From Spirochaetia bacterium UBA2205 (GTDB lineage Bacteria; Spirochaetota; UBA4802; UB4802): a stretch of 64,000 bases of DNA. The stretch lies in the NCBI GenBank assembly GCA_002328585.1, contig DCUV01000032.1, positions 109,173 through 173,172 on the forward strand, given 5' to 3'. The notes below the pieces were generated by a model. It had not been told where the DNA came from. It did no database searches and was given only the letters and a program-made list of their open reading frames with translations. This document shows positions 1 through 12,298 of this stretch, piece by piece. Both the position numbers and the translations under genes were made by a program. Positions within the stretch are counted from its first letter, which is position 1. Every line of letters begins with the position of its first letter.

Positions 1-2522
1 AGCCCTAACTCATCTATCTCCTCTGCTATATCCTCAGTAATAAGCTCCCCGCTATTACAAATACTCTCATTGGTGACAGGATGATATAGATCATAGAGTA
101 ATGTCCTGCCCAGAGCTCTTGCACCAATTGATTCGACCACCTCATCACCTTCTTTTATGGCAGTAACATCAATACCAACTGATGTGCCACAATCATCCAT
201 GGTTATAACAACATCCTGAGCTATATCAACCAGTCTGCGGGTAAGATATCCTGCATCCGCAGTCTTTAAAGCAGTATCTGCCAATCCCTTCCGTGCACCA
301 TTGGTTGAAATAAAATATTCAAGAACTGTCAGCCCTTCCTTAAAGTTTGATTTAATGGGCACGTCAATAATCTCACCACTGGGTTTTGCCATTAATCCTC
401 GCATACCAGCTAACTGTCGTATTTGCTGTTTACTGCCTCTTGCACCTGATTGTGCCATAATGTAAATTGGATTAAAACCATCGGCATCCTGTGCCATCGT
501 ATCGAACATAACCTCTGTAACATCGTCATTTGTTTTTGTCCACAAGTCTATAACTCTGTTGTATCGCTCTTCATTCGTGCGCCATCCATCACGATATTCA
601 TTTTCAATTTTTTCTAACATCTCATTAGCTTTTTTAATTAACTCATCTTTCATTTCAGGCACTTTAACATCACTGGTAGAGATAGTAGGCCCAAAATAGG
701 TAGCAAACCTGTATCCCAGCTCTTTGATATCATCAAGCACCTTAACAGTTGCTGTTGGACCATACCCTCTGAATATCTTTGAAATTATTTTTGATAGTTC
801 CTTATCATTAACGGTAAAGTTGACAAACGGGAAGCCAGCGGGAAGCTTTTCATTGAAGATTAACCGCCCTGGAGTTGTTTCAATGAACTCTCCATCCTTC
901 AAATACTTAATTCTGGAACGATATTTAATCTGCTTATATTCCAGAGCATATAATATTTCATCCATTGAACCAAAATACGGTAAATGTTCAGATTTACTTT
1001 TCAATTCAGACGTTAAATAATAAACACCCAATACTATATCTTGCGTAGGCGTTACTATAGGCTGACCATTTGCAGGGTTGAGTAGATTATTTGCAGAAAG
1101 CATCAATATCCAGCATTCTATCTGGGCACGCGGAGATAGCGGCACATGAACTGCCATCTGGTCACCATCAAAATCAGCGTTATAAGCATGACATACAAGT
1201 GGATGTAATTTAATTGCCTTTCCTTCCACCAGTATTGGTTCAAATGCTTGTATCCCTAATCTATGCAATGTGGGAGCACGGTTCAACAATACAGGGTGTT
1301 CAGCAATAACCTCTTCCAGAACCTCCCAAACTTCAGGTCTTTCATTTTCAACCATTTTTTTGGCTGATTTTATATTCTGAACAAAACCTTTATCAACCAA
1401 ACGCTTCATAATAAATGGTTTAAAAAGTTCAACCGCCATCTTTTTTGGAAGCCCACATTGATGCAATTTAAGCTCAGGACCAATAACAATAACAGAACGC
1501 CCTGAATAATCAACACGTTTACCAAGAAGATTTTGCCTGAACCTTCCTTGCTTACCCTTTAACATATCACTCAACGATTTCAATGGCCTATTTGCCTTAC
1601 CTTTAACAGCACGTTTTCGCTTGCTATTGTCAAATAGTGCATCGACAGCTTCCTGCAGCATCCGCTTTTCATTCCGTACAATAATATCAGGAGCTCGTAA
1701 AAGCAATAGCCGTTTTAAACGGTTGTTCCGATTGATAACTCTTCTATAAAGATCATTAAGATCGGATGTTGCAAACCTCCCACCATCTAGCTGAACCATC
1801 GGTCTAAGCTCTGGAGGTATAACAGGTACAACATCAAGTACCATCCAGTCTGGCTTGTTTCCTGAATCTCTAAATGCCTCTATAAGTTCCAGGCGTTTAA
1901 TATCTTTTTTATCAACTTTCAGCTTATCCTGACTTGCAATCTTACTTCTCAATTCTCGCGCCTCACCATCCAGATCTATGCGACGTAACATTTCCTTTAT
2001 AGCTGCGGCACCCATATCAGCGCCAAATTCATCACCATATTCTTCATAATAATGATTAAAAGTATCCTCATCAATGACATCTCCATATTTTAAATCAGTT
2101 TCGGCAGGATCAATCACCACATATTTTTCGTAATAGAGGATAGACTTTAATTCATTAACCGTTAAATTCAACAGTAATCCTATCCGTGAAGGAACAGAAC
2201 GGTAATACCATATATGTGCCACAGGGCAGGCTAATTCAATATGGCCTCCACGCTCACGTCGCACCTTATAATGAGTAACCTCAACACCGCAACGATCACA
2301 AACAACACCTTTATATCGTATAGATTTAAACTTGCCACAATAGCACTCCCATTCCTTAGTTGTTCCAAATATCCTTTCACAGAATAAGCCATCCCGTTCA
2401 GGTTTTAAGGTTCGATAGTTAATCGTTTCAGGTTTTTTTACCTCCCCATATGACCATTCCCTAATTAAATCAGGGGAAGCTAATTTTATTTGAATTGAGT
2501 TAAAATCATTAAAATCTCTCAT
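1..2522 (-). CDS. rpoC: DNA-directed RNA polymerase beta' subunit (5' part; runs off the window start)
   Basis: Not in the ORF track. Manual translation from ATG at 2522 gives [38 protein letters not shown], and the catalytic NADFDGD is encoded near 1160-1182. Lies directly downstream of rpoB. Confidence 0.99.
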   Translation of the reverse strand, partial: MRDFNDFNSIQIKLASPDLIREWSYGEVKKPETINYRTLKPERDGLFCERIFGTTKEWECYCGKFKSIRYKGVVCDRCGVEVTHYKVRRERGGHIELACPVAHIWYYRSVPSRIGLLLNLTVNELKSILYYEKYVVIDPAETDLKYGDVIDEDTFNHYYEEYGDEFGADMGAAAIKEMLRRIDLDGEARELRSKIASQDKLKVDKKDIKRLELIEAFRDSGNKPDWMVLDVVPVIPPELRPMVQLDGGRFATSDLNDLYRRVINRNNRLKRLLLLRAPDIIVRNEKRMLQEAVDALFDNSKRKRAVKGKANRPLKSLSDMLKGKQGRFRQNLLGKRVDYSGRSVIVIGPELKLHQCGLPKKMAVELFKPFIMKRLVDKGFVQNIKSAKKMVENERPEVWEVLEEVIAEHPVLLNRAPTLHRLGIQAFEPILVEGKAIKLHPLVCHAYNADFDGDQMAVHVPLSPRAQIECWILMLSANNLLNPANGQPIVTPTQDIVLGVYYLTSELKSKSEHLPYFGSMDEILYALEYKQIKYRSRIKYLKDGEFIETTPGRLIFNEKLPAGFPFVNFTVNDKELSKIISKIFRGYGPTATVKVLDDIKELGYRFATYFGPTISTSDVKVPEMKDELIKKANEMLEKIENEYRDGWRTNEERYNRVIDLWTKTNDDVTEVMFDTMAQDADGFNPIYIMAQSGARGSKQQIRQLAGMRGLMAKPSGEIIDVPIKSNFKEGLTVLEYFISTNGARKGLADTALKTADAGYLTRRLVDIAQDVVITMDDCGTSVGIDVTAIKEGDEVVESIGARALGRTLLYDLYHPVTNESICNSGELITEDIAEEIDELG

Positions 2523-2561
2523 TGCATTACCTTCTTACTTATTATAATTTTTGAAGCATTG

Positions 2562-5500
2562 TTACTCATTTTCAAGTGTTTCAAGCTTGATTTTTCGTTT
2601 TGGTTTGGTGAAGCCTTCGCTCCACTCAGAGAGATTTATCTCATTGCCATTTTCGTCATAAATTCGCACATCAAGTGCAAGCCCTCGCAATTCCTGTATC
2701 AATACATTAAATGACTCAGGAATGCCAGGAGTTGTTGTATTAATCCCCTTAACTATAGCTTCATATATTCTAGCTCTGCCCAACATATCATCAGACTTCA
2801 CCGTCAGAAGCTCCTGGAGTGTATAAGCTGCACCGTATGCTTCAAGCGCCCACACTTCCATCTCACCCAATCGCTGACCACCAAATTGCGCTTTACCACC
2901 TAATGGCTGTTGGGTTACCAGCGAATATGGGCCAGTAGAACGTGCATGAATCTTATCATCCACCATGTGCGCTAATTTCAGCATATAGATGTATCCTACC
3001 ATTACCTCATTTTCAAAAGTTTCACCTGTTTGCCCGGAATAAAGAACTGTTTTACAACTTACCGGTAGTCCAGCTTTTTGTAATAGCTCTTTTATTTCTA
3101 CATCTTCTGGACTATCAAAAATAGGACATTCGGCAATAAATCCTAACTCTTTAGCTGCCCATCCTAATTCAGTTTCCAGTAATTGGCCTAAATTCATTCG
3201 TGATGGTACTGAAAGAGGATTTAAAACGATATCGACTGGTGTTCCGTCAGGTAGATAGGGCATCTCATACACGGGCACTATCCTGCTAATAACGCCTTTA
3301 TTCCCATGGCGTCCAGCCATCTTATCACCAACCGAAATTTTTCGTTTTGATGAAATATAAACTTTAACCAGCTCTTCAACACCTGCTGCTAATTCATCAC
3401 CATTTTCCCTGGAAAAACGTTTTACATCAATAACTATCCCTTCAACGCCATTAGGGACACGCAATGAAGTATCACGAACCTCTCGTGCTTTTTCACCAAA
3501 TATCGAATGTAGCAATTTATATTCTGGCGTAAGATCCTGCTCGCCCTTAGGAGTTACTTTCCCAACAAGAATATCTCCTGGAGCAACATATGCTCCACTG
3601 CGAACAATACCATTTTCATCTAAATCTCTGAAAGCCTTTTCACTTAAGTTAGGGATGTCACGAGTAATAACCTCTCTTCCCAGCTTTGTTTCACGCGCTT
3701 CAATTTCAAATTGTTCAATATGAAGAGAGGTATAGACATCATCATATACCAGACGTTCTGAAAGCAGAATAGCATCCTCAAAGTTATAACCCATCCATGG
3801 CATAAATGCTACCAATATATTTTTACCAAGTGCCATCTTGCCCTGATCAGTAGCTGGTCCATCTGCCATGATATCACCTGCTTTTACCTTCTGTCCTTTT
3901 TTTACTATTGGTTTTTGGTTGAAGCATGTTCCCTGATTTGTTCGCTTAAACTTTAACAGCTGGTATTCATCTATTTCCCCGTTTCCTGTCTTAACACGTA
4001 TAAACTTTGCATCAGCATAGATAACTTCACCTGCCCGTTTAGTCTTTACCACAACACCCGAATCCATTGCAGCCGGGCCTTCCATACCAGTTCCAACAAG
4101 CGGTACTTCTTCGGTTAGTAATGGCACAGCCTGCCGTTGCATATTTGAACCCATAAGCGCACGGTTGGCATCATCGTGTTCAAGGAATGGAATAAGACAT
4201 GTGGAAACCGAGAATACCTGATCAGGCGAAACGTCCATATATTGGATTTCTTCAGGACGTTTATAAGGGAAATCACCCCTATGCCGACATGGGATAAGTT
4301 TATCTACAAATTTCCCGCTTTCATCGATAACTGCATTTGCCTGAGCAATAAAATACTTATCCTCTTCATCAGCAGTAAGATATTCTACTTTATCCGTAAC
4401 ACGTCCATTTTCTACAACCCGGTATGGTGTTTCCAAAAATCCATAATCATTGATACGAGCATAGGTACTCATTGAAATAATTAAACCAATATTAGGACCT
4501 TCAGGCGTTTCTATAGGACACATCCTTCCATAATGCGAAGGATGTACATCACGCACTTCAAAACCAGCACGCTCCCGTGTTAAACCGCCAGGACCTAATG
4601 CATTTAATCTGCGTTTATGGGTAAGCTCAGCCAGAGGATTTGTTTGATCCATAAACTGTGAAAGCTGACTTGAGCCAAAAAATTCATTAATGACTGCAGT
4701 GATTGGTTTTATGCTTATAAGCGCCTGAGGTGTTACAACATCTATATCCTGTATTGTCATACGCTCTTTGATAACACGTTCCATTCGCTGGAATCCAATC
4801 TTTATCTGATTCTGTATTAACTCTCCCACGGTTCGTATTCTTCTATTTCCTAAATGGTCAATATCATCGACAATATATCCTTCAACCTCTGCTATTAAGT
4901 TGATTAGATATTTCATTGTCATTACTATATCTTCCTTTCTGAGGTAATCTTCACTCACCTCTTTCATGTCAAATCCAAACTTTTTATTAATTTTATAACG
5001 TCCAACACCACCTAAACTATAGGTTCGGGGATCAAAAAATAATCTGTTAAATATTTCACGTGCATTGTCAATATTGGTCGGCTCACCAGGTCGTAACATC
5101 TGGTGTAATTTCAACAGTGCATCTTCGGAACTTTTACAATCATCTTTTTCCAGTGAAGTAATCAGATAAGCATCATCTTTGTTTTTAGGGAATTCAATTA
5201 TTTCAATTTCCTTGACCTTTTCATCTCGTAAAATATCAACATAGTCAATGGTAATACGTTCACCAGCTTCTAAGAACACTTCACCTGTTTCATGGTTTAC
5301 TATATCAGTGGCAACTCGTCTGTTTTTCAACAATTCATAATCTTTTTCTTCTAAAAGCTTAACTTTCTTTATAGTATAAAAGAGTTTTATTATTTCTTCA
5401 TTTGTATTGAAACCAAGAGCTTTTATTATAATTGTTGCAGGAAATTTCTTCTTTCTATCAATACGCGCAACAATAAGCCCCTTATGATCCATTTCAAATT

Positions 5501-6011
5501 CCAGCCAGGATCCTCTGTCGGGGATGATACGTGCATTATACATTCGTTCAGTTTCATCCCAGAAAAAGAATATTCCCGGCGATCGATGCAACTGATTCAC
5601 AACAACACGTTCTGCTCCATTGATGATAAATGTTCCGCTTTCTGTCATCAAGGGGATATCGCCCATATAAACGGATTGTTCCCTGACTTCCATGGTATCT
5701 TTCTTTATAAGACGTATCGTTGCTTTCAGCGGTGCAGCATAGGTTACATCACGCTCTTTACATTCCTGAACATTATATTTTGGCTCCCCTAATTCATAGT
5801 CAACAAACTCCAATTCTATATCATCATTAGGGCTAACAATAGGAAATGTTTCCAGAAATACATTGTGCAATCCTTGATTTTTCCTTTTTGCAGGTGGAAC
5901 ATCTTTTTGTAAAAACCACTTAAACGACTCGGTTTGATTTTCGATCAAGTTTGGCAATCCAATGCCTGACTTTATTGTACCAAAACGTATAATTTTTTGT
6001 TGTTTTTGCAT
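2562..6011 (-). CDS. rpoB: DNA-directed RNA polymerase beta subunit
   Basis: Motifs [22 protein letters not shown] and [22 protein letters not shown] at 6011 follows an AGGTG RBS (ORF track starts at GTG 6020). Confidence 0.99.
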   Translation of the reverse strand: MQKQQKIIRFGTIKSGIGLPNLIENQTESFKWFLQKDVPPAKRKNQGLHNVFLETFPIVSPNDDIELEFVDYELGEPKYNVQECKERDVTYAAPLKATIRLIKKDTMEVREQSVYMGDIPLMTESGTFIINGAERVVVNQLHRSPGIFFFWDETERMYNARIIPDRGSWLEFEMDHKGLIVARIDRKKKFPATIIIKALGFNTNEEIIKLFYTIKKVKLLEEKDYELLKNRRVATDIVNHETGEVFLEAGERITIDYVDILRDEKVKEIEIIEFPKNKDDAYLITSLEKDDCKSSEDALLKLHQMLRPGEPTNIDNAREIFNRLFFDPRTYSLGGVGRYKINKKFGFDMKEVSEDYLRKEDIVMTMKYLINLIAEVEGYIVDDIDHLGNRRIRTVGELIQNQIKIGFQRMERVIKERMTIQDIDVVTPQALISIKPITAVINEFFGSSQLSQFMDQTNPLAELTHKRRLNALGPGGLTRERAGFEVRDVHPSHYGRMCPIETPEGPNIGLIISMSTYARINDYGFLETPYRVVENGRVTDKVEYLTADEEDKYFIAQANAVIDESGKFVDKLIPCRHRGDFPYKRPEEIQYMDVSPDQVFSVSTCLIPFLEHDDANRALMGSNMQRQAVPLLTEEVPLVGTGMEGPAAMDSGVVVKTKRAGEVIYADAKFIRVKTGNGEIDEYQLLKFKRTNQGTCFNQKPIVKKGQKVKAGDIMADGPATDQGKMALGKNILVAFMPWMGYNFEDAILLSERLVYDDVYTSLHIEQFEIEARETKLGREVITRDIPNLSEKAFRDLDENGIVRSGAYVAPGDILVGKVTPKGEQDLTPEYKLLHSIFGEKAREVRDTSLRVPNGVEGIVIDVKRFSRENGDELAAGVEELVKVYISSKRKISVGDKMAGRHGNKGVISRIVPVYEMPYLPDGTPVDIVLNPLSVPSRMNLGQLLETELGWAAKELGFIAECPIFDSPEDVEIKELLQKAGLPVSCKTVLYSGQTGETFENEVMVGYIYMLKLAHMVDDKIHARSTGPYSLVTQQPLGGKAQFGGQRLGEMEVWALEAYGAAYTLQELLTVKSDDMLGRARIYEAIVKGINTTTPGIPESFNVLIQELRGLALDVRIYDENGNEINLSEWSEGFTKPKRKIKLETLENE

Positions 6012-6287
6012 AGTATACACCTGATATAAAATTTATCATACATATAAATAAATCAGACAATGAACATAAAAAAATATAATTGTTTTTGTTTGATAGTAAC
6101 TATTCATCATTTATTCATATATCTTGGGGCACTGTTTCAAATGCAGAACATCGCGTTATTGTTATTGATAGTAAATTACAAAAACATAAACACCAGTAGG
6201 TTTGATTGCATCGCAACCAAACCTACTACTATTTTCAGTATACAGTATTACAGTAATCTTTTCAAGATATTTTTGCGTCAATAAACG

Positions 6288-6674
6288 TTACTTAACCTCT
6301 ACTGTTGCTCCAGCTTCTACAAGCTGCTTTTTAATCTTTTCGGCTTCTTCTTTAGAAACCTTTTCCTTAACCGCTTTGCCTCCAGCTTCTACCAGATCTT
6401 TAGCTTCTTTTAAGCCTAAACCGGTAATGGCACGTACTTCCTTGATAACATTAATCTTGTTATCACCAAAACCTGTGAGAATAACATCAAATTCAGTCTT
6501 CTCTTCAACTTCTGCTGCCCCTGCTCCGCTCCCGCCTGATGCAGCTGCAACAGCAACTGGTGCAGCTGCTGAAATGCCAAACTTCTCTTCCATGGCTTTC
6601 ACAAGCTCTGCGGCTTCAACAAGCGTTAAACTACCAATTGCTTCCAACAATTCCTGTACTGATAATTTTGCCAT
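6288..6674 (-). CDS. rplL: 50S ribosomal protein L7/L12
   Basis: [10 protein letters not shown] and [12 protein letters not shown] motifs; ATG at 6674 with an AAGGAG RBS. Confidence 0.99.
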   Translation of the reverse strand: MAKLSVQELLEAIGSLTLVEAAELVKAMEEKFGISAAAPVAVAAASGGSGAGAAEVEEKTEFDVILTGFGDNKINVIKEVRAITGLGLKEAKDLVEAGGKAVKEKVSKEEAEKIKKQLVEAGATVEVK

Positions 6675-6814
6675 TATGTTACTCCTTATACTTAGTGAAT
6701 CTGAAGTTAATACGAACATTTGTCGTAAAAACTTATAAGGGCAACCAATACTCCATAATGTTTACAATTCTGATAAGTATTATGTACCCTTGATTATATA
6801 AATGCTATAACAAG

Positions 6815-7330
6815 CTAAGCATTTTGCTGTGCTACAAGCTTAATACCCCTGGCAAGGGAAGCCATAACTTGATTTATTGCAATAGCTGTCCCTGTAGCAG
6901 GCCCATTGATAAGCGACATTACCTGCGACAATAACACCTCTATGGGCGGTAATTCTGCAATTCGTTGTACATCCTTTTGAGAATATACAACATTATCCAT
7001 TATTGCAACGCTGAACTGAAATTTATCCTGCTCTTTCTGAAAATCCTTTAATACCTTTGCTATTTCACTCAATTCCTTATCAACAAACACCACACCAATA
7101 GGACCTACCAGATGTGTATCTATTGGGGGATATCCACCATCCTTCAATGCTTTTCTGAATAAATTATTTTTAATTACTTTATACTCAGCACCTTTATCCC
7201 GCAAAATCTTCCTCAATTGATAAAGATCTTTTACCTTGATACCGGAATAATATGTTAATATAATATTCTTTTTGGAATTCAGTTTTTCTTTTAATTCATT
7301 AACAGAATCTATTTTATATTGTTTAACCAT
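6815..7330 (-). CDS. rplJ: 50S ribosomal protein L10
   Basis: L10-like sequence (YSGIKV..LRKILR..YKVIKNNL); lies between rplA and rplL. Confidence 0.95.
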   Translation of the reverse strand: MVKQYKIDSVNELKEKLNSKKNIILTYYSGIKVKDLYQLRKILRDKGAEYKVIKNNLFRKALKDGGYPPIDTHLVGPIGVVFVDKELSEIAKVLKDFQKEQDKFQFSVAIMDNVVYSQKDVQRIAELPPIEVLLSQVMSLINGPATGTAIAINQVMASLARGIKLVAQQNA

Positions 7331-8013
7331 TACCGTTCTATCCCCTTGTAATTGATTTTAATGCCTGGCCCCATTGTTGAGCATATATGAAAAGAACGAA
7401 TATAGTTTCCTTTTGCATCAGAGGGTTTATCTTTAACAACCTGACCATAGAACGATTTAATGTTTTCCGCAAGCTTTTGTTGTTCAAATGAAAGTTTGCC
7501 AACACCAAGATGGATAACCCCGGTCTTATCGGCCTTGTATTCAACCCTTCCACCCTTAAGCTCTTTAACGGCTATTTTTACATCATCAGTGACGGTGCCA
7601 GATTTAGGTTTTGGCATAAGCCCTTTTTTACCCAATATAGGGCCTAACTTTCCTACCTCTTTCATCATATCAGGGGTTGCAACAACCGCCTCAAAATCAA
7701 GCCACCCATTCTTTATCTTCTCGATAGCATCTTCAGCACCTACAAAATCAGCTCCTGCTTCTAAAGCTTCTTTCTGCTTGTCACCTTTGCAAATCACCAG
7801 CACTTTTATTTCTTTACCAGTACCATGAGGTAACACCACGGAACCACGTACATTTTGATAGCTTTTATGGATAACTTTTATTGCAACTTCAACTGTTTCA
7901 TCAAACTTTACAAAGGCTAATTCTTTCATTATTGACAATGCTTCATCAATCGGGTATAATTTGGTCTTATCAACCTTAGCCTTTGCATCAGTAATTTTTT
8001 TTCCTCGCTTCAT
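7330..8013 (-). CDS. rplA: 50S ribosomal protein L1
   Basis: VRGSVVLPHGTGK, ATPDMM, LGPILG..GLMP and STMGPG motifs. Confidence 0.99.
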   Translation of the reverse strand: MKRGKKITDAKAKVDKTKLYPIDEALSIMKELAFVKFDETVEVAIKVIHKSYQNVRGSVVLPHGTGKEIKVLVICKGDKQKEALEAGADFVGAEDAIEKIKNGWLDFEAVVATPDMMKEVGKLGPILGKKGLMPKPKSGTVTDDVKIAVKELKGGRVEYKADKTGVIHLGVGKLSFEQQKLAENIKSFYGQVVKDKPSDAKGNYIRSFHICSTMGPGIKINYKGIER

Positions 8014-8050
8014 AAAAAAACCCCAAATAATTCATTATTAATTAACTGTG

Positions 8051-8485
8051 TTACTCACTTACTTCAACTCCCATTGAACGTGCTGTACCAGCAATAATTT
8101 TCTTTGCTGCCTCAACATCATTAGCATTGAGATCCGGCATTTTTAATTGAGCAATTTCTTCAAGTTGAGACTGCGTAACGGTGCCAACCTTCTTCTTATT
8201 AGGTTCGCTTGAACCTTTTTCCAGCTTAAGAGCCTTTTTAATCAATACCGCTGCTGGTGGTGTTTTAACAATGAACGTATATGTTCTGTCTTCATATACA
8301 GTAATAATTACCGGCAGTATGGTACCCTGCTGGTCCTTTGTTCTATCGTTAAAAGCCTTGCAAAATTCCATGATGTTAAGCCCATGCTGTCCCAGAGCAG
8401 GCCCTACCGGTGGTGCAGGATTTGCCTGTCCACCAGGAATCTGTAATTTAATCTGAGTTACTATCTTCTTCTTTTTTGGAGCCAT
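8051..8485 (-). CDS. rplK: 50S ribosomal protein L11
   Basis: [26 protein letters not shown] and GTARSMG motifs. Confidence 0.99.
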   Translation of the reverse strand: MAPKKKKIVTQIKLQIPGGQANPAPPVGPALGQHGLNIMEFCKAFNDRTKDQQGTILPVIITVYEDRTYTFIVKTPPAAVLIKKALKLEKGSSEPNKKKVGTVTQSQLEEIAQLKMPDLNANDVEAAKKIIAGTARSMGVEVSE

Positions 8486-8522
8486 TGTCATCAACCCTTA
8501 TAAAACTATTATTAAATGTATC

Positions 8523-9065
8523 TTATATCTTACCTACCTGCACAAAGTCCAATTCAACAGGCGTCCCCCTACCAAATATTTCAACCTTAACACGTAATCT
8601 ACCTTTATCGGGATACACTTCTTCAATAACACCGGTAAATTCCTTAAACGGACCATCAACAACCTTTACGTGCTCTCCTACCGAAAAATCCATAACTACT
8701 GACACCTTATCTTTAGTGGCAACTTCACCCATTTTATTGAACAGGTTGTCCACCTCTTTTTCAGATAATGGCCTTGGTTTTTCACTGCCAAATGAACCTA
8801 CAAAATTTGTAACTCCCGGAATGTTTTTTATTGCCATCCACGTTTCATCATCAATAATCATTTCAACAAGAACATATCCCGGAAATATTTTTTTGGATTT
8901 TATAACCTTCTTCCCATCTTTAACTGAATGTTCTTCAACAGTTGGAATCTTAACCTGAAATATCTTATCACCTAAATTCAGATTTTGCACCTTCTTTTCC
9001 AAAGCCAGCTTAACCTTATTCTCATGACCCGAATAAGTATGTATTACGTACCAACCTTTTATCAT
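8523..9065 (-). CDS. nusG: Transcription termination/antitermination factor NusG
   Basis: WYVIHTYSGHENKVK, FPGYVLVEM and KOW motif DGPF..F.G. Confidence 0.99.
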   Translation of the reverse strand: MIKGWYVIHTYSGHENKVKLALEKKVQNLNLGDKIFQVKIPTVEEHSVKDGKKVIKSKKIFPGYVLVEMIIDDETWMAIKNIPGVTNFVGSFGSEKPRPLSEKEVDNLFNKMGEVATKDKVSVVMDFSVGEHVKVVDGPFKEFTGVIEEVYPDKGRLRVKVEIFGRGTPVELDFVQVGKI

Positions 9066-9067
9066 AG

Positions 9068-9253
9068 TTATTTCATCACCAGGGAAACAATTTTCATCAA
9101 GGTAGCATCAACAAGCCATAAAAAAAGTGAAGTTATTATAACAGTTATAAGAACCACCATGGTCAATGCACTAACCTCATCCCTTTCAGGCCAGGAAACT
9201 TTTTTAAGCTCGTCACGTGATTCTTTAACAAATTGTATGGTTTTATTAAACAC
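9068..9253 (-). CDS. secE: Preprotein translocase subunit SecE
   Basis: ELKKVSWP motif plus a single TM helix; upstream of nusG. Confidence 0.97.
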   Translation of the reverse strand: MFNKTIQFVKESRDELKKVSWPERDEVSALTMVVLITVIITSLFLWLVDATLMKIVSLVMK

Positions 9254-9264
9254 TATCGCCCACC

Positions 9265-9417
9265 TTATGCTTTCGTTTCCTTATGCAATGTATGCTTGTT
9301 GCAATGCCTGCAATATTTCATCACCTCAAGCTTTCCGGTTTGCTTTTTCTTATCCTTCTTTGTGGCATAGTTGCGATTTTTACAATCCTTACATGATAAT
9401 AGTATCACTTCACGCAT
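9265..9417 (-). CDS. rpmG: 50S ribosomal protein L33 (Zn-binding form, 50 aa)
   Basis: Below the ORF-track cutoff. Manual translation [50 protein letters not shown] has two CxxC pairs. Confidence 0.97.
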   Translation of the reverse strand: MREVILLSCKDCKNRNYATKKDKKKQTGKLEVMKYCRHCNKHTLHKETKA

Positions 9418-9592
9418 AATGACATCCTGTTAATGTAATAGTATTTTTTTGCGTTATGTAATGTTTAACAATTACTAAAAATGTGTATGCTTTTTTAAAG
9501 ATATGAAAGCACGCTATAAATATAGCACATCACGTCAAGCAATTAATTGCTCAAATTAAAAAAAATACAAATTTTTTAATAAATAACAAAAT

Positions 9593-9665
9593 AGCCCACG
9601 ACCAGAATCGAACTGGTGACCTTTTGCTTACCATGCAAATGCTCTACCGACTGAGCTACGTGGGC
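9593..9665 (-). tRNA. tRNA-Thr(GGT)
   Basis: Reverse complement GCCCACGTAGCTCAGTCGGTAGAGCATTTGCATGGTAAGCAAAAGGTCACCAGTTCGATTCTGGTCGTGGGCT folds as a cloverleaf with anticodon GGT; CCA not encoded. Confidence 0.96.
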
Positions 9666-9953
9666 AAACCTGAATTAAACATTATATGCTACTTTCTTTA
9701 AGTATCCCTGAAAAATATGGTATTTTGTCAAGTTTTTTATTAATATACTATTGCGTTTCAAGCACACCTTTTGTTATTGTATAATTGCATAAAGCGTGGT
9801 TTTCAAAACTATAATACAAAGGATGTATCTTTTCGATAGTTACTGTCAAAGAAAAAACATAGCTGCAATTGTGCCCATTATAATCACCAAAGTATATAGT
9901 AAGGATGTATATCATTCATCAATAAGTACAGCATACGTTATCAACAACATTTA

Positions 9954-10685
9954 CTACTCTTTTGCTTCTAAATAATTTTTTAATTGTTTTGCAATGACCA
10001 GCCCATGATCAATAAATTCCGGACCATACTGTATGCCAGTTTTTGACCTGAATGTATGACGTATTGTATCAATATGTGCCACCCCTTTTGAAAAATGCAT
10101 TACTATATCATTGTGCGAAATATGCAACGTGGCTACCATATCCCATATTGTGTATAAAAAATTATCCGGACCCCACCTGAATTTATCAGCATCATACAGT
10201 GCATTAGACAAAAGCATTAAATCGTCATTGTTCACCTGTTGATGCTCTTTAAATGCTTCATGGTTTTGTATGGCAAATGAGATTGCCAGCACATCATCTT
10301 CCGGAATAAAATGGTAAAAATGATTTTGCACATATTCTGCAGCTTTTGAAGGATGATCGCTCATCTCACGGAAATAATCATGGAAATATCCTGCCATGAG
10401 TGCCAATACTGCTAAATGTATCGAATGTTCTGAGGTCCCCCTCTCTTTAAGAACTATCGCTGCCGATTCAATAGCTACTTTTTCTGCATGATAAAAGCTA
10501 TGCCCCAATGCTGTACCTTTGCTATACATGCAACGAGAGCAATACCGCACAAACGACGATGCGGTTGCTATCCATTGTGCTATAGATATATACCGGTAAT
10601 TATCTCTATAGAAACGGGGTAGAGGCAATGTTGCAGCACATGACTTAACAAACTGCCTGCCCTTACGTATGAATTCCTGCTCCAT
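9954..10685 (-). CDS. HD-domain metal-dependent phosphohydrolase
   Basis: H...H (GHSFYHA), FHD, NHEAF and LYDADK pattern. Confidence 0.75.
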   Translation of the reverse strand: MEQEFIRKGRQFVKSCAATLPLPRFYRDNYRYISIAQWIATASSFVRYCSRCMYSKGTALGHSFYHAEKVAIESAAIVLKERGTSEHSIHLAVLALMAGYFHDYFREMSDHPSKAAEYVQNHFYHFIPEDDVLAISFAIQNHEAFKEHQQVNNDDLMLLSNALYDADKFRWGPDNFLYTIWDMVATLHISHNDIVMHFSKGVAHIDTIRHTFRSKTGIQYGPEFIDHGLVIAKQLKNYLEAKE

Positions 10686-10718
10686 GAAATTCCTGTAACA
10701 TTGAAATGTCGCAGGTTA

Positions 10719-11612
10719 TTATAAACAAACATCCTCCTGCGATACTACCTTGTTGAGCGGATATTCGATGATTCCATCAGCGCCGGCATTAATAAGCATG
10801 GGGATAAGGTCCCGGACCACCGATTCATTAATCACACTTTCAACTGAAAACCATGTTGCGTTATATAGTTTAGATACCGTTGGAGACGTAAGGCTTGGAA
10901 TAAGCTTTATAACAACATCAAGCTTCTCTTCGGGTACATTCATTTTGATACCAACAAGATTGCTGGCATTGAGTGCACCTTTTAGCAATAAAGCAATCTG
11001 TTTTATCTTTGCACGTTTTTGCGGATTAGCCATACTTTTTTTATTGGCAATAAGCTTGGTATTGGTTTCCAGCAATGTATAGATGATCTTCAGTCCATGT
11101 GCCTTGATTGTTGAACCGGTTTCGGTAACCTCAACTATTGCATCAACAAGCCCTTCAACTACCTTTGCTTCAGTTGCACCCCATGAAAATTCAACTTTCA
11201 CAGGAATATTCCGCTCGCTGAAATATTTCCGTGTAAAATTGACAAGCTCAGTTGATATTGTTTTGCCTGCACAATCCTCTACTGTCTTTATTGGTGAATC
11301 ATTGGGAACTGCAAGTACCCATTTAGCTTTCCTTGCGCTCACCTTTGAGTAGATCAGGTCCGAAATCACCTCCACGTCTGACTCATTTTCAAGTATCCAG
11401 TCAAGCCCGGTTAATCCTACATCAAGAACCCCGCTTTCAACATATTTTGCCATCTCCTGTGCACGAATCAATGAACAGGAAATCTCATGATCATCAATAC
11501 TTGGGAAGTAATTACGCGATGATACTGATATTGAAAACCCCGCATGTTTGAAAAGTTCAATGGTAGCATTCTCCAGACTGCCTTTAGGAATACCTAATTT
11601 GATAAGGCTCAT
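10719..11612 (-). CDS. hisG: ATP phosphoribosyltransferase (long form)
   Basis: [19 protein letters not shown] and [10 protein letters not shown] motifs, plus the C-terminal regulatory domain. Confidence 0.97.
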   Translation of the reverse strand: MSLIKLGIPKGSLENATIELFKHAGFSISVSSRNYFPSIDDHEISCSLIRAQEMAKYVESGVLDVGLTGLDWILENESDVEVISDLIYSKVSARKAKWVLAVPNDSPIKTVEDCAGKTISTELVNFTRKYFSERNIPVKVEFSWGATEAKVVEGLVDAIVEVTETGSTIKAHGLKIIYTLLETNTKLIANKKSMANPQKRAKIKQIALLLKGALNASNLVGIKMNVPEEKLDVVIKLIPSLTSPTVSKLYNATWFSVESVINESVVRDLIPMLINAGADGIIEYPLNKVVSQEDVCL

Positions 11613-11992
11613 TTTTTATCTCCATATTTATCTTCAGGATTAAATATCTTTATGCCATCAATGGTAAGCTCATCCCCTTCCACAACACGGTAAAAACAGC
11701 TGCGGTATCCTGTATGGCATGCTGCGTCACCAATCTGATTAATTTTTAATAATACACAATCGTTGTCACAGTCAATACGAATTTCTTTTACCTGCTGTAC
11801 ATTGCCCGAGGATTCCCCTTTTTTCCATAACGTTTTGCGGGATCTACTCCAGTAATGAACAATACCTGTTTTAAGTGTCAACTCAAATGCCTCTTCATTC
11901 ATAAAGGCAACCATCAAAATTTCACCCGTTTTATAATCTTGAGCTACTGCTGGAACCAATCCATCCAGTTTGGTAAAATCTAATTGTATCAT
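11609..11992 (-). CDS. hisI: Phosphoribosyl-AMP cyclohydrolase
   Basis: [20 protein letters not shown] and [10 protein letters not shown] motifs. Confidence 0.97.
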   Translation of the reverse strand: MIQLDFTKLDGLVPAVAQDYKTGEILMVAFMNEEAFELTLKTGIVHYWSRSRKTLWKKGESSGNVQQVKEIRIDCDNDCVLLKINQIGDAACHTGYRSCFYRVVEGDELTIDGIKIFNPEDKYGDKK

Positions 11993-12298
11993 TGATATAT
12001 CCTGAATATATAAAATTTTTTCACAATAACTATCGCCAAAAAAAACGTTAATGGTTACTATACTACTGACACACCAGTAATAAAACTATTTAATATCTGC
12101 TAATACCATAAAAACATTTTTAACAATATCCATAAAATTAATATATACAAAAAACAGAAGTTATGTGATAGTGTATCTTATATCACAGGCTGCTATAAAA
12201 ATCATTAAAATGTATTTATAAATTGCTAAAATTCTATTGACAAATGTATTTTTGCACTATCACTGAATTTCACATTACTACTGTGTTGCGAGGTATCA

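Noticed and set aside
724..8958. Plus-strand ORFs antisense to rpoC/rpoB/rpl/nusG, and similar shadow ORFs elsewhere in the track
   Set aside because: They lie opposite well-supported conserved genes and show no recognisable motifs.
11993..12298. Possible T-box or His attenuator between hisI and ileS
   Set aside because: No T-box sequence (GGTGGTACCGCG-like) and no His-codon leader peptide seen; the region is an AT-rich divergent promoter.
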